Virus record (IMG/VR): IMGVR_UViG_3300037400_002261
Location: 32,001 to 96,000 of that record
Source: a virus
Taxonomy: Duplodnaviria; Caudoviricetes
DNA: 64,000 bases
Strand: one strand, 5' to 3'
Shown here: in pieces, positions 19,382 through 30,292 of the stretch
Layout of the letters: each line of letters starts with the position of its first letter
How positions within the stretch are numbered: the first letter of the stretch is position 1
The notes under the pieces: model-generated
What the model was told of the DNA's origin: nothing
Database searches by the model: none
The model's input: only the letters and a program-made list of their open reading frames with translations
Translations under genes and position numbers: made by a program

Positions 19382-19710
19382 AAACAAAATATGGTTGTTA
19401 TTCTTCTAACTAGATTCGTTCTACTAAACTTAATATTCGCAAATCTATCTATTTTTTATTGCTCTATGTTGACCCAAAAACTAGAGATGAATATTCAGGC
19501 GTAAATGTTGCAGACGCTTTTTATAGTTTGCAAAAAAAACTTAATGGGTTAAATAGTATTTTACTTGAGCCGATTGAACTTGTTGAGACAATGAGTTTAT
19601 TAGAATCGGCATATATGGAATATAATAGTGATTGTTTTGATTTTTAGAAATATAGAAAATTAATATTAGATGCTGGGTCTAAGATTATGAAAATAAAGGA
19701 AGGTGATTAA
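19378..19710 (+). CDS. hypothetical virion-module protein; TAG=Gln
   Basis: GTGA-coupled start; 110 aa across 2 TAGs; ends TAA. Confidence 0.7.
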
Positions 19711-19711
19711 T

Positions 19712-20902
19712 ATGATTACCTTTAAAAATTTTCAAAGTCTTCATGAGTCTTCTCTCCCAGGAAGGGCGAGAAAAATGCAGAGTGACTAGATAATGCTTAA
19801 TACTTGGAATCAAGATATCCAAGCATAGACTGCTTATATTTATGATTATTATCATGATTAGCAATCAGATGAAGCATTACAATTAAATAATCTTCATCCG
19901 TATGATGACCCGCAAAAAACCGCATTGTCGATTAAATTTATACGTCATGAAAGTTAGACATATAATAAAGATCAAATTACATTTTGGTTACAAATGTAGC
20001 CAAATCAAGAATGCAATCAGGATTATTATGATGAAGTTCTTGGTAATCGTTATGGGGCAACTTTCCCAATTGGAAATTATGTTGATATAATGCATGAGGA
20101 TGGTTCTTATAATAAATGGCTTATTGTTGATAAGGCAAATTATAATGGTAATCAATTTCCAACGTTTGAGATATTAAGATGTGATTATGTTATGTAGTGG
20201 ATTTTTAATGGATATAAATATTAGTGTCCAGCTGTTTTAAGAAGCCAGAATTCGTATAATTCTGGAATTTGGTTGGATTATAAAATTCAATCAGTAGAAG
20301 ATTAGCAAAAATTCGCTGTTCCGATGACTAGAGATACTGAGACATTATTCTATAATATCAGAATGATTATTGATGCAAAGGTAGAAACAGAACCTCGTGC
20401 ATGGCTTATATCAAAAATAAATCGAATATCTCCTAATGGAATATGTAGGGTAACACTTGCATAGGATACTTTTGATCAACACAATGATTATATTGAGAAA
20501 GATGAAGATGGGAATATTGTTGGAATGTGGGCAAATTATTTCAATCATAATATTGAGCCAATACCAGCAGTTTAGGATGATGATATAATAACATCTTCTA
20601 TTAATGCTAAGATTATATGTTCTGGTCGTTAGCAAATTAAAGTTGGTGGTTCAGCTAAAACATTCACTGTTACTTATTATGATTATAATAATGAAGAGTT
20701 ACCAGATTATACAATTGGTAATTGGTCATTTGAAATTGATGGTACTGTTGTGCCTGATGATTTATTAACATTAACATCATCAGAAAATAAGATTAAAGTT
20801 AAATTTTTAGGTGACGATTCATATATAGGTAAAATACTTACTGTAAAAAACACATCGGAGAATGCAGTCGCAGAACTCCAAATTGAAATCATCGCATTAT
20901 AA
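19712..20902 (+). CDS. putative head-closure protein with beta-rich C-terminus (396 aa); TAG=Gln
   Basis: Absent from the standard-code track. The frame has 11 TAGs and no TAA/TGA, and exactly fills the gap between flanking genes with an RBS. Confidence 0.8.
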
Positions 20903-20914
20903 GGAGGGATTTGT

Positions 20915-21481
20915 ATGGAACTTACGCAAGAACAATTACAAGAACTCCGACAGTACAAAGCTGTAATGGATGATGATAACATTAGGTTTAAAGAGATAAT
21001 AAAGAGGAATTTAATAGAAGACCCTCTTATAATTTATCTTTTAAATAATAAAGAGTTGGAAGAATAGGATGCCGATCCAAGTGATTATCTTGGAGTAAAT
21101 ATTCTTCCATAGTTTTTAATTCATCCTACTCAACACAATGTACAAAATTTTATTTGTTATGAAGTATCATTTAAAGAAACACCAAGATATAATGATGTTT
21201 TAAAATATATTAACGTTATTTTTTATATTCTTTGTGAAGAAAAAAATAATATTGAAAAGCAAACTGGTATTGCACGACATGATTTAATTGCTGCAAGAAT
21301 TAAGCATATATTTAATTGGACAAATCTTTTTGGTACACAATGCCATATTGTTTCTAATATTCCATCTGTAACGGATAATGATTATTCCACTCGTACTCTT
21401 ACATTTGAATTAACAATGCCATTAGATGTTGTTAAAACAAAAGATGGTTCTTCTATGGTTATTAATAAATTAGGTGGTTGA
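20915..21481 (+). CDS. putative tail terminator/completion protein; TAG=Gln
   Basis: AAGGAGG RBS; 188 aa across 2 TAGs; ends TGA. Confidence 0.7.
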
Positions 21482-21490
21482 GTTAGCGAA

Positions 21491-22264
21491 GTGCAGTTTG
21501 ACCGTTTAAAGATGTATTTTGGAGAACCATTTGATGTTGGTAATGGCATGAAAATATTAACTCCAACTGTTGGTGATATTCTAGAACTCCCAAATTCTGA
21601 TATAACTTTTTATCAGACACTTTATATATGGGTTGCAAACCCAACTACATATAGATTAATGCTTTGGGAAAATGGAATAGACTGGAATAAAATATCTAAT
21701 TATGAGTTGTTTTTGATGATATATAAATCCGAGAATCCAGTAGTTAGTAAAATGATTTTTGGAGATGTTGATTTTCAAGGATTTTAGTTATACACAAAAA
21801 CAATTCCAGATAAAGATGAAGATGGAAATGATATAGAAAAAACTGAAGTGACATTATATAATCCAGAAATTGATATTGAGATATCAAAAGATCATTATAA
21901 TTTAATTTCAGAATATTTGAAGGCAGCATTCAATATATATCCAAAAGTAGAATTGGTAAGAGGTAAATCTGCTAAAGAATGGATAATTGACGAAGAAAGA
22001 CAAGCATTAAACAATAAGAAAGATGATGAAAATCATTCTACTCTTCTTCCTCTTGTTTCTAGCTGTATAAATCATCCTGGATTTAAATATAATCTTTAGG
22101 AACTAAAAAATGTCAATTTTGTTTAGTTTATGGATAGTGTTCAAAGATTGCAAATATATGAAAATAGTACTGCTTTATTAAAAGGATCTATGAGTGGATT
22201 CGTTGATACTTCCAAGATAGATAAGGATGAATTTAATTTTATGAGAGAAATATCTCATAAATGA
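21491..22264 (+). CDS. hypothetical tail-module protein; TAG=Gln
   Basis: 257 aa across 3 TAGs (FV[TAG]FMDSVQRLQ); GTG start is uncertain. Confidence 0.75.
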
Positions 22265-22328
22265 AACTGTATTTAAGCCCATAATTGGCTTTTATATTAA
22301 AAAAATATTATGAAAGGAGAAAAATATT

Positions 22329-23105
22329 ATGGCATTTAAGTTAGATGATATTATTATTGATCGTATTTAGATGGCAATTGCTACTGATACTAATGATACT
22401 GAAATGTACTATGTTCTGACACAGCTTTCTGAGGCTAATATTGAGATTACTGCGGAGTCTAAAGAAGCTCGTGACAAAGACGGGACACTGATTAAAAAGT
22501 TCTGGACGGGTAAGAGTGGTACGTTTACGGCTACTAATGCAATGATTAATCTGAATGTTATTGGTGAAGCTTCTGGTTCTAAGAAACAGGCTCTTGCTGC
22601 TTCAGATCTTTTCCCAGCAATTAAGACTGGTAAGCCTGGTGAAGTTGTTGCAACTCCTTATCTGAGCGAAGGTACTCTTAAGGTTCACGTAATTGGTAAT
22701 AATGGTACTATGGGTGATAATGTTACCTCTAAAGCTACTGCTACTGGTTATGGCACAGAAGGTGCAACTGTAACACTTCCGCAGGATATTGAAGGTGCAA
22801 CGAAGTTCGTTATGGAATATCAGAGAACTAATCCTAGCGCAGTTGTTATTAGAAATCAGGCCGACAAATTCCCTGGAACTGTTCGTCTTGTTATGAAGGT
22901 TCTGGCTATTGAGCCTTGCTCTCCTGATAAACTTCGTGCTGGTTATCTTGTTCTTCCGTCCTTCCAGGTTAGTCCTGAAGTAAATGTTTCTCTGACTACT
23001 GATGCTACCCTTGATTATACTGGTGACCTTCAGGTTAATTATTGTGGTACTGAAAAGACTCTGTATGAGTTCTATTGGGCAGAGGATGATATTGAGGAAG
23101 AGTAA
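22329..23105 (+). CDS. major tail (tube) protein; TAG=Gln
   Basis: AAAGGAG RBS; one TAG at codon 14; Thr/Gly-rich, biased codons, followed by a strong terminator. Confidence 0.8.
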
Positions 23106-23132
23106 TTATTAAAATTATTCTAAATAAATATT

Positions 23133-23163
23133 GGTTGCCAGAGTAAAATCTGGCAACCTTTTT
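23133..23163 (+). terminator. intrinsic terminator
   Basis: GGTTGCCAGA-GTAAAA-TCTGGCAACC followed by TTTTT. Confidence 0.85.
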
Positions 23164-23266
23164 ACTGTAACCAAATAACAATAGTTTCGTTTTATGAATT
23201 TGAAAATAATTGGATAATAGTCCGTTTATATAAATTAACTATATTCTAAAAAAGGAGGAAATATTT

Positions 23267-23686
23267 ATGAAGTATATTCCACACGAAAGAAAATGTTTAA
23301 TATGTAGGGCATCTTATAGTTATTGCCCTCATTGTGCAGAATACTCAGACCAACCTTCGTGGAGAGCAGGTTTTGATACTGAATCATGTAGATCTATTTA
23401 TGATGTAATTAATAAATTTAGACTTCATATTTTGGATGCCAAGGATGCAAAAGCAATATTGGATACATGTGATCTTTCTGGTATAAATAATTTTGACCCA
23501 GTATATAAATCTGATATTGAAAATATTTTAAGTCAGGCTATTGTAACAGCAGATGTCATTGATGATGCGAAAGATGCAGAGATAGTCGAACCAGTAGAAG
23601 TAGAGGAAAAAGTTGTTAATGAAAAATCTTCTACTATTGAGCAAGCTGAAAGATTAATAGCTAATAAAAATAGAAAGAAAAAATAA
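23267..23686 (+). CDS. hypothetical Zn-ribbon protein
   Basis: CLIC...YCPHC motif; AAGGAGG RBS; no TAG. Confidence 0.8.
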   Translation: MKYIPHERKCLICRASYSYCPHCAEYSDQPSWRAGFDTESCRSIYDVINKFRLHILDAKDAKAILDTCDLSGINNFDPVYKSDIENILSQAIVTADVIDDAKDAEIVEPVEVEEKVVNEKSSTIEQAERLIANKNRKKK

Positions 23687-23740
23687 TATTATGAATGTGA
23701 TTAAAAAATACTATGCCGTAAATAGTTCGGCATTTTTATA

Positions 23741-23781
23741 AGGGGTTCAGACCACATTCACAGGTTTGAACCCCTTTTTTT
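23741..23781 (+). terminator. intrinsic terminator with loop complementary to upstream sequence
   Basis: AGGGGTTCAGACC-ACATTCACA-GGTTTGAACCCCT plus T run. Confidence 0.8.
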
Positions 23782-23893
23782 ACCATTTTTTAATATTTCT
23801 ATAAGTCTGTAACTATTTATTCAATTTCAACGGGCTTATTAAAAGTAATGATATTTTTATATTATTAAATATATAAAAGAAGGAGAATAACAT

Positions 23894-24118
23894 ATGAGAG
23901 ATTTTTATAAAACAACTAGAAGCTGCATAGATAAATATAATGAAATATGTGATAAGGTAACAAATGGTTCTTAGGAGATATCAAATGATGAAGATGAATA
24001 TCTTACAAATTTTTGCCTATATCTTGCTCATGCATTAATTAAAGATACTGGTGAGGGACAATTAGCTCGTGAAGAACTTGAAAAAGTTGCGGATATTATA
24101 AATGATGTAATAAGATGA
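23894..24118 (+). CDS. hypothetical protein; TAG=Gln
   Basis: AAGGAG RBS; 74 aa across 1 TAG. Confidence 0.65.
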
Positions 24119-24129
24119 GGGAAAGTAAT

Positions 24130-24408
24130 ATGGATAGAGTAGATTTGATACATTCGGATATTACTGGAAAAGATTATTACCCTAAAGATGTAGTAAGGTT
24201 AATTAATATTCGATAGATATGTAGTTATTTGCAGATGAATAAAAAGCCTGTTGATATATATGCTTCTATTGATTTCAAATCAAGTGATCCAGTTCTTGTG
24301 GTTTTATTTGATAGGGAAGATACTAAAGATGTATATAAGAGATGGTGTGAAAGCGAAAATTTATGGAAGGAAATACAAGATGAAAAAATCAATAGAGAAA
24401 ATAAATAA
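24130..24408 (+). CDS. hypothetical protein; TAG=Gln
   Basis: 92 aa; LINIR[TAG]ICSYL...VLFDREDTKDVYKRW. Confidence 0.7.
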
Positions 24409-24634
24409 ATTATATGTGATATGTTCTATAGATTTATCTGGTAAGACAGTATATCTTAATTCACTTCATAACCATAAATGGGAAATAACTCCAGATATTG
24501 AAAGAGCAAGTAAAACACTTTCAAGAAAAGTTGCAAATATGGTTCTTGAAGGATATTATCAAGATATGGGAAATGAAAGTGAATTTGTGATTATACCAAT
24601 GGAAGTAGAATATAGATTAATAGATGAAAGTTAA
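24380..24634 (+). CDS. hypothetical protein
   Basis: 84 aa from ATG 24380 (MKKSIEKINKLYVICS...). Confidence 0.6.
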   Translation: MKKSIEKINKLYVICSIDLSGKTVYLNSLHNHKWEITPDIERASKTLSRKVANMVLEGYYQDMGNESEFVIIPMEVEYRLIDES

Positions 24635-24659
24635 TTAATTATAGAAAGGAAGTGATTAG

Positions 24660-25664
24660 ATGGCTCGTAGCCGAGGAGTTTACAACAGAATTTATAGTGA
24701 CGAAAAATGGTTATAGGTTAATCCTGAAAATAAAGCCATAATGGATGACTTCCTCACAGAGTTGCGACAATAGAAAAAAAGTCCAAATACTATTGAAGCA
24801 TATAGACATGATTTAAAATTAATATTTATAAAAATTCTTGAAGACTTTAATAATAAGTCAGTTTTAGAAATGACAAAGAAAGATTTTCGCCGTTTAAATA
24901 TTTGGTTTGATGATTCTGGAATGTCTCCAGCGAGATGTAATAGGCTTCACTCTTCTATCAATTCAATGTTAACATTTTGCGAAGAAGATGATGATTATGA
25001 TTATGAAGTTAATTATAGTAAGAAAGTGCGTGGAGTTCCTAACGAAAAAGTAAAAACAAATGATGATGATTTCTTCTTTACATTTGATGAATTTATTAAA
25101 ACAAGGAATATTCTTGTAGAACAAGGTAGATTGTAGGATGCTGTGTTATGGTCTTTAATGTATGATTCTGGTGCGAGACGTAATGAAGTATATCAAGTAA
25201 AGAAACAAGGTCTTCTTGATGGTAACAAAACAAATATTGTTAGAGGTAAACGTGGAAAACAATTTCCACTTATTTATTTAAATGATACGAAAGAACTTAT
25301 TCGCCAATATCTTGAATGGCGTGGTGATGATGGAATTGATTCATTATGGATTAAAGGACATGGAGAAACTGCTTCTGAGATTGATTGTTCTACATTATAT
25401 GATCGTATTGTAAGTATTAGTAAAATACTTTCTGAGGTTCGTGGTGAAGAAGTTAATATTTTTCCGCATAGTTGCCGCCATAGTAGATTGCAAGCATTAA
25501 AAAAGGGATGGGATGACCGTCTTAAGGATGATGGAGGGAAAAATAAAGTATTTGAATTAGATCAAATATAGGCATTTGCACATCATTCAGATTTAACAAC
25601 TACTTCTGGGTATCTTAAAGATGAAACTGAAGACAAAATAAATGAAATGTTTGGAATTTCATAA
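24660..25664 (+). CDS. tyrosine recombinase (YomM-like, 334 aa); TAG=Gln
   Basis: SGARRNE (R), VRGKRGK (K), PHSCRHSR (HxxR), I[TAG]AFAHHSDLTTTSGY (H and catalytic Y); 4 TAGs. Confidence 0.92.
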
Positions 25665-25678
25665 AAGGAAGGTGACAT

Positions 25679-26650
25679 ATGAAACGTGGAATAAAATTGA
25701 TGATTGTATTAATGTTATTGATGTTGATATCTCCTGTTTGTGAAGCAAAAATTGTAATTAACAAGCAACCTAAATCTTAGTATTCTCGTATTTCTGGAGA
25801 AGTAACTTTTACTGTTGAAGCAACTGGTAAAAATTTAAAGTATCAATGGTATGTTAGTAAAGATAAAAAGAAGACTTGGAATAAGATTAAATATCAAACA
25901 TCTAGATCTATCATTATTAGATGTAAAAAATCAAATAGAGGATATTATTATCGTTGTCGTATGGTGGACACATCTGGTAGATATAAAACAACTAAACCAG
26001 TGCGAGTATATGTTACAGATATTGGTAAGAAATATTCATACTTAATTGATAAGAAAAGAGCTAAAAACCTTTTCTATCCGAAAGCTGCTGATGGTTATTG
26101 TTATGTGTATTGTCATGATAGAACCTATGAGCAGCAAGTGATTGATGCTATAAATATCATTAATAAAAAAATTGGAACTACTTTTATATATACAAAAACG
26201 GGATGTATAGCAGATATTATCATATTCAACTTTTATGATTATTATGTGGAAGATAATATTTGGTTTAGAGAATTAGAGAGATATTATATTTACATGGAAG
26301 GTTATGATTTAGCTGGAATTACTTTTAATGATGAAGGGATTCATTATCTTGTTGGATTAAACAGCAGTTATTTTGACTATATTATGGATGATGCAATTCG
26401 TGGAGTAATTATACACGAACTAGGACATTGTATTGGAGTTGCACATTCAAATAATAGAAATGATATTATGTATTATATAAGTAAATTTAATGATAAGATG
26501 TCAAAAAATGATATTAAAATGTTTAAAAAACAAAGAACAAAAATTAAGAATATTGGTTCTGTTAATGTTGTTTCTAAAAAATCTGGTATAACAGATAGTA
26601 TTAGAAAAAGATGTTTGGATAATTATTAGAACTAGATTCGAGGTAGATAA
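25679..26650 (+). CDS. secreted Ig-like domain + matrixin (M10/metzincin) Zn metalloprotease; TAG=Gln
   Basis: Signal peptide MKRGIKLMIVLMLLMLISPVCEA; Ig motif KQPKS[TAG]...VTFTVEATG..LKYQWY...YYYRC; HELGHCIGVAH with DIMY Met-turn. Confidence 0.85.
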
Positions 26651-26653
26651 TAT

Positions 26654-27091
26654 ATGGAATATAAATTTATATTGGATTAGGATTTGGTTGATGAATATAA
26701 CAAAATATATTTTAAACAAAATCCTAGAGCCAAAAAACCGTTTTTAACTAAACCTCGTCATCCAACACTTAATGAATGGACAATAATGAAAAGACCATAT
26801 GCTAATGCTCTAAAATAGAAATGGAAAACATTCGGAGTATGGTGGTGTAAAAAATTAGGATATGATGGTTTGATGTTGGAAAAAGTAAAAGTAGATATTA
26901 CTGTATATCAACCACATCACAGGCGTGGAGATATTGATAATTTTTGCACTCAGAAATTTCTTTGGGATGCGTTTACTGAAGCCAGATTTTGGGTAGATGA
27001 TGATTACACTCATGTTACTGAGATTACATCTAGAATGGGTTATGATAAAGATAATCCACGAACTGAAATAATTATTAAAACAGTTGATTAA
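26654..27091 (+). CDS. rusA: RusA-family Holliday junction resolvase; TAG=Gln
   Basis: PTLNEW, RRGDIDNF..KFLWDA....DDD, DKDNPRTEIII; 2 TAGs. Confidence 0.85.
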
Positions 27092-27119
27092 TCTAAATAC
27101 TTCTTTGGAGGTGATTCTA

Positions 27120-27500
27120 TTGGGATATGTATATTATAATCCAAATCCAGCTGGAAAAATGGTTGGAGATTGTGTTATAAGAGCTATTTCAAAAGTAGAA
27201 AACAAATCGTGGGAAGATGTCTTTGTTGAATTAATGACTACTGCATATAGTTTGTCGGACATGCCGTCTTCAAATTATGTAGTAGATTAGTATTTAAAAT
27301 CAAAAGGATTTGTTCATCGTAATCTTCCGAATACTTGTCCTGATTGTTATACGGTTAGAGATTTTGTTAATGAACATTAGGATAAACCGTATATAGTTGC
27401 CACTGGATCTCATATGATTGGTGTAAATAAAAATATATATGATTCGTGGGATTCAAGTGATGAGATTGTAACTTATTATTATGAAAAGGAGGAATCTTAA
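27120..27500 (+). CDS. small papain-fold-like protein (Cys/His/Asp); TAG=Gln
   Basis: GGAGGTG RBS and TTG start; NPNP...GDCVIRAI...GSHMI...YDSWDS; 2 TAGs. Confidence 0.7.
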
Positions 27501-27501
27501 A

Positions 27502-28074
27502 ATGGATAATTTTTATGGATATCCAATTGGCTATCAACCAGTAAATCAAAATATTACATACCCAAATGTGCCTACAACTTATCGTGGTTGGCAAAATAGT
27601 ACTACTGCTCTTCCATCTTATACTCCTAATACTCAGAATGTAAGTGGAAATATTATTTGGATTTAGGGCGGGTTGGCTGGAGCAAAAGCATATTCTAATC
27701 TTCAACCTGGAATTCCAGTTGCTCTTTGGGATTCTGATGAGAAGGTTATTTATATAAAATCTCTTGACCAAACTGGGAAACCAAGTATCACTATTATTGA
27801 TTATACTGAGAGAGATTCTGACGAACAAGATAATAAGCAATCATCGGTTGAATATGCAACTAAAGATTAGATTAATGAATTAACAAAGTAGTTTAAGTCT
27901 TTTGGTGAAAAGTTGAACTCATTAAATAAGTATGTTACAAAAGATTAGTTTGATACTCTTAATGGACATCTTGATGACCTTAGTGGTCAAATTGAAGATA
28001 TTGAAGATAGGATTACAAGTTTTGGCAAACCATAGCAAAACTCAAATTCTAATAATAGACGAGGTGGTAAATAA
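27502..28074 (+). CDS. hypothetical protein (Q/P/Y-rich N-terminus); TAG=Gln
   Basis: AGGAGG RBS; IIWI[TAG]GGLAGAKAY; open to TAA 28074. Confidence 0.75.
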
Positions 28075-28367
28075 TGCCTAATAATTTGTTTAATAGATTT
28101 GGTAATATGAATTCAAATCAAAATTATGCAAATACTGGTAATAACATTATATCTCAATTAGCACAGTTACGGAGAAATCCTAGTGCTATTTTAGATATAT
28201 TATTTTAGAATGGTAAAATAAATCAGTAGCAATACTCTGATTTACAACAATATAGAAATAATCCTGAAATGATTGGTAGATATTTGATTAATAATGGTAA
28301 AGCCAGTGAAATTAGTCAAGCACAACAAGTTGCTAATCAGATTGGAAATAATAGTAACTTTAGATAA
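28074..28367 (+). CDS. N/Q-rich hypothetical protein; TAG=Gln
   Basis: TAATG coupling; LF[TAG]NGKINQ[TAG]QY. Confidence 0.7.
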
Positions 28368-28482
28368 TAATTAAAATGCGAACATAATATATTTAATTCT
28401 CCGTATCTGAGAAAAAGGAATAAATGGATAATAACATTATATAACTTTAAATTATTTTTATTCCAATAAGGAGGATATTATT

Positions 28483-29253
28483 ATGATGAATTCAGAAGGT
28501 TTTAGTGCAGCTGATCTTGCGGCGGTAGTTGGAAATAATAATGATGGTTTTGGTAATGGTGGAAATGGAGCCTGGTGGTTACTTATTCTTCTCCTCTTCG
28601 CAAATAATGGATGAGGAAATGGATGGGGTGGAAATAACGGTTCTGCTATGATGGGATATGCTACATAGCAAGATGTTTAGAACGGTTTTGATCAGGCAGC
28701 AGTTATGAGTGGCATTAATGGTATTAATAATGTCCTGAGCAATGGATTTGCAAATGCAGAAATATCTCGTGCCAATACTCTTGCAAGTATTACCAGTATG
28801 ATGAATACCATTGCTATGAATCAGCAACAGGCTTCTTGTAATAATCAATTACAGGTTGCCAATCTTGGAGCGCAGATTGCTTCGGAAGCATGTGCTGACC
28901 GCCAGTCTGTAAATGATGGTGTTCGTGATATTATGGCTGCTAACACTGCTAATACTCAAGCTCTTCTTAATACTATTAATGGTGGAATTCAGTCTATTCA
29001 AGATAAATTATGCCAGCAAGAAATCAATGCACTTAAAACTCAGAATGAAAATCTTCAGACTCAACTCAATCTTGCAAATCTTCGTGGTTCTCAGGATGCT
29101 CAGACAGCGGCTATCTTAGCTAGTAATGAAGCGCAGACGGCTGCCATTGAAAGGTATCTTGCCCCGAATCCAGTTCCCGCATATATCGTACCTCAGCCAT
29201 TTGGGTGTAATTGCAACAATAATTATGGTTGCGGTTGTGGAATGAATGGTTGA
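28483..29253 (+). pseudogene. Gly/Asn-rich membrane-anchored coiled-coil protein with Cys-rich tail; TAG=Gln plus one in-frame TGA
   Basis: AAGGAGG RBS; GAWWLLILLLFANNG[TGA 28612]GNGWGG, where Trp is expected; frame continues to CGCGMNG-TGA. Confidence 0.65.
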
Positions 29254-29268
29254 TTGGAGGTGGTGTAT

Positions 29269-29742
29269 ATGGCTGAATACTCAGCAAACACTGTACAGAC
29301 AGTAAATCCAGGTGAAACTATAATTTTCACCGAATCTCCTGTTCCATGTACTCGTGGTTTTGTTCGTCATCGTGATGATACTGGAAATTTTCTTTTGAGC
29401 GGTTATGTACCGAATAGTTTTAATAGAGGATGTTGCTGTAATAGAAAAAATAGTGCTACTTATTTAGTTGATTTTGGAGCAAATATAGCTATTCCTACTG
29501 GTGGTACTCCAGAAGCAATATCTGTTGCTATAACTATTGATGGCTCTACTATACCAGCCTCTACAATGATTGTGACTCCAGCTGCTGTTGAATAGTTTTT
29601 CAATGTATCTTGTGCAATTAATGCATAGATTTGGCGTGGATGCTGTGAGACAATCGCTATAAGAAATACGAGTGATTAGCCAATATTAGTCCAGAATGCG
29701 AATGTGATTTTTTCGCGTCCTGACTTAAATGTTACACGGTAA
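29269..29742 (+). CDS. Cys-rich beta-sandwich protein (possibly BclA-CTD-like); TAG=Gln
   Basis: GGAGGTG RBS; 157 aa across 3 TAGs; fold assignment is tentative. Confidence 0.7.
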
Positions 29743-29756
29743 GGAGGGAAATGGTA

Positions 29757-30179
29757 ATGCAAGAGTTTGATAATATTAAAGATATGGTTTATTGTGAACT
29801 TGATGAAATTTCTCGCCAAGGTAAAATGGATATGAACACTGTTAAAGTGCTCGGCGAGTTGACAGATATACTTAAAGATATCGGCAGTATAGAAATGTTC
29901 GAAGAAGGTATTAATATTCAGGAAGATGATTTTATGTAGACTAATGGATATAGTCGTAATGGCGGTTATTCATAGAGAAGAATGCCAGTTTATTATGATG
30001 GTAACAGTTATAACTCTCGTGGTATGAGTAATGGTGGCTATTCTCGCAGAAGTCGTGGTTATAGTTACGATGATAGTAAATCTCATATGATCGAAAAGTT
30101 AAATCATCTTATGATGGAAGCTTCTGATCAATAGGATAAAGATGCTATTCAGCGTCTTATTGATTAGATGTAGAGATAA
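29757..30179 (+). CDS. hypothetical protein with GYSR-rich low-complexity segment; TAG=Gln
   Basis: AAGGAGG RBS; 140 aa across 5 TAGs. Confidence 0.7.
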
Positions 30180-30228
30180 TAGATATTGAGATGAATTAAA
30201 TATATGGTTCGTATTTTGATTAATATAA

Positions 30229-30259
30229 GGGGAACAAGATTTTTTGTTCCCCATTTTTT
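30229..30259 (+). terminator. intrinsic terminator
   Basis: GGGGAACAAGA/TTTTGTTCCCC followed by ATTTTTT. Confidence 0.8.
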
Positions 30260-30292
30260 ACGATTTATGATTTTGAAAAGGAGAAAAAGAAT

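Noticed and set aside
21479-21493. TGA read-through fusing 20915-21481 with 21491-22264, or general TGA reassignment
   Set aside because: The genes are in frame, but AGGTGG upstream of GTG 21491 can serve as an RBS, and TGA is a clear stop in several coupled genes.
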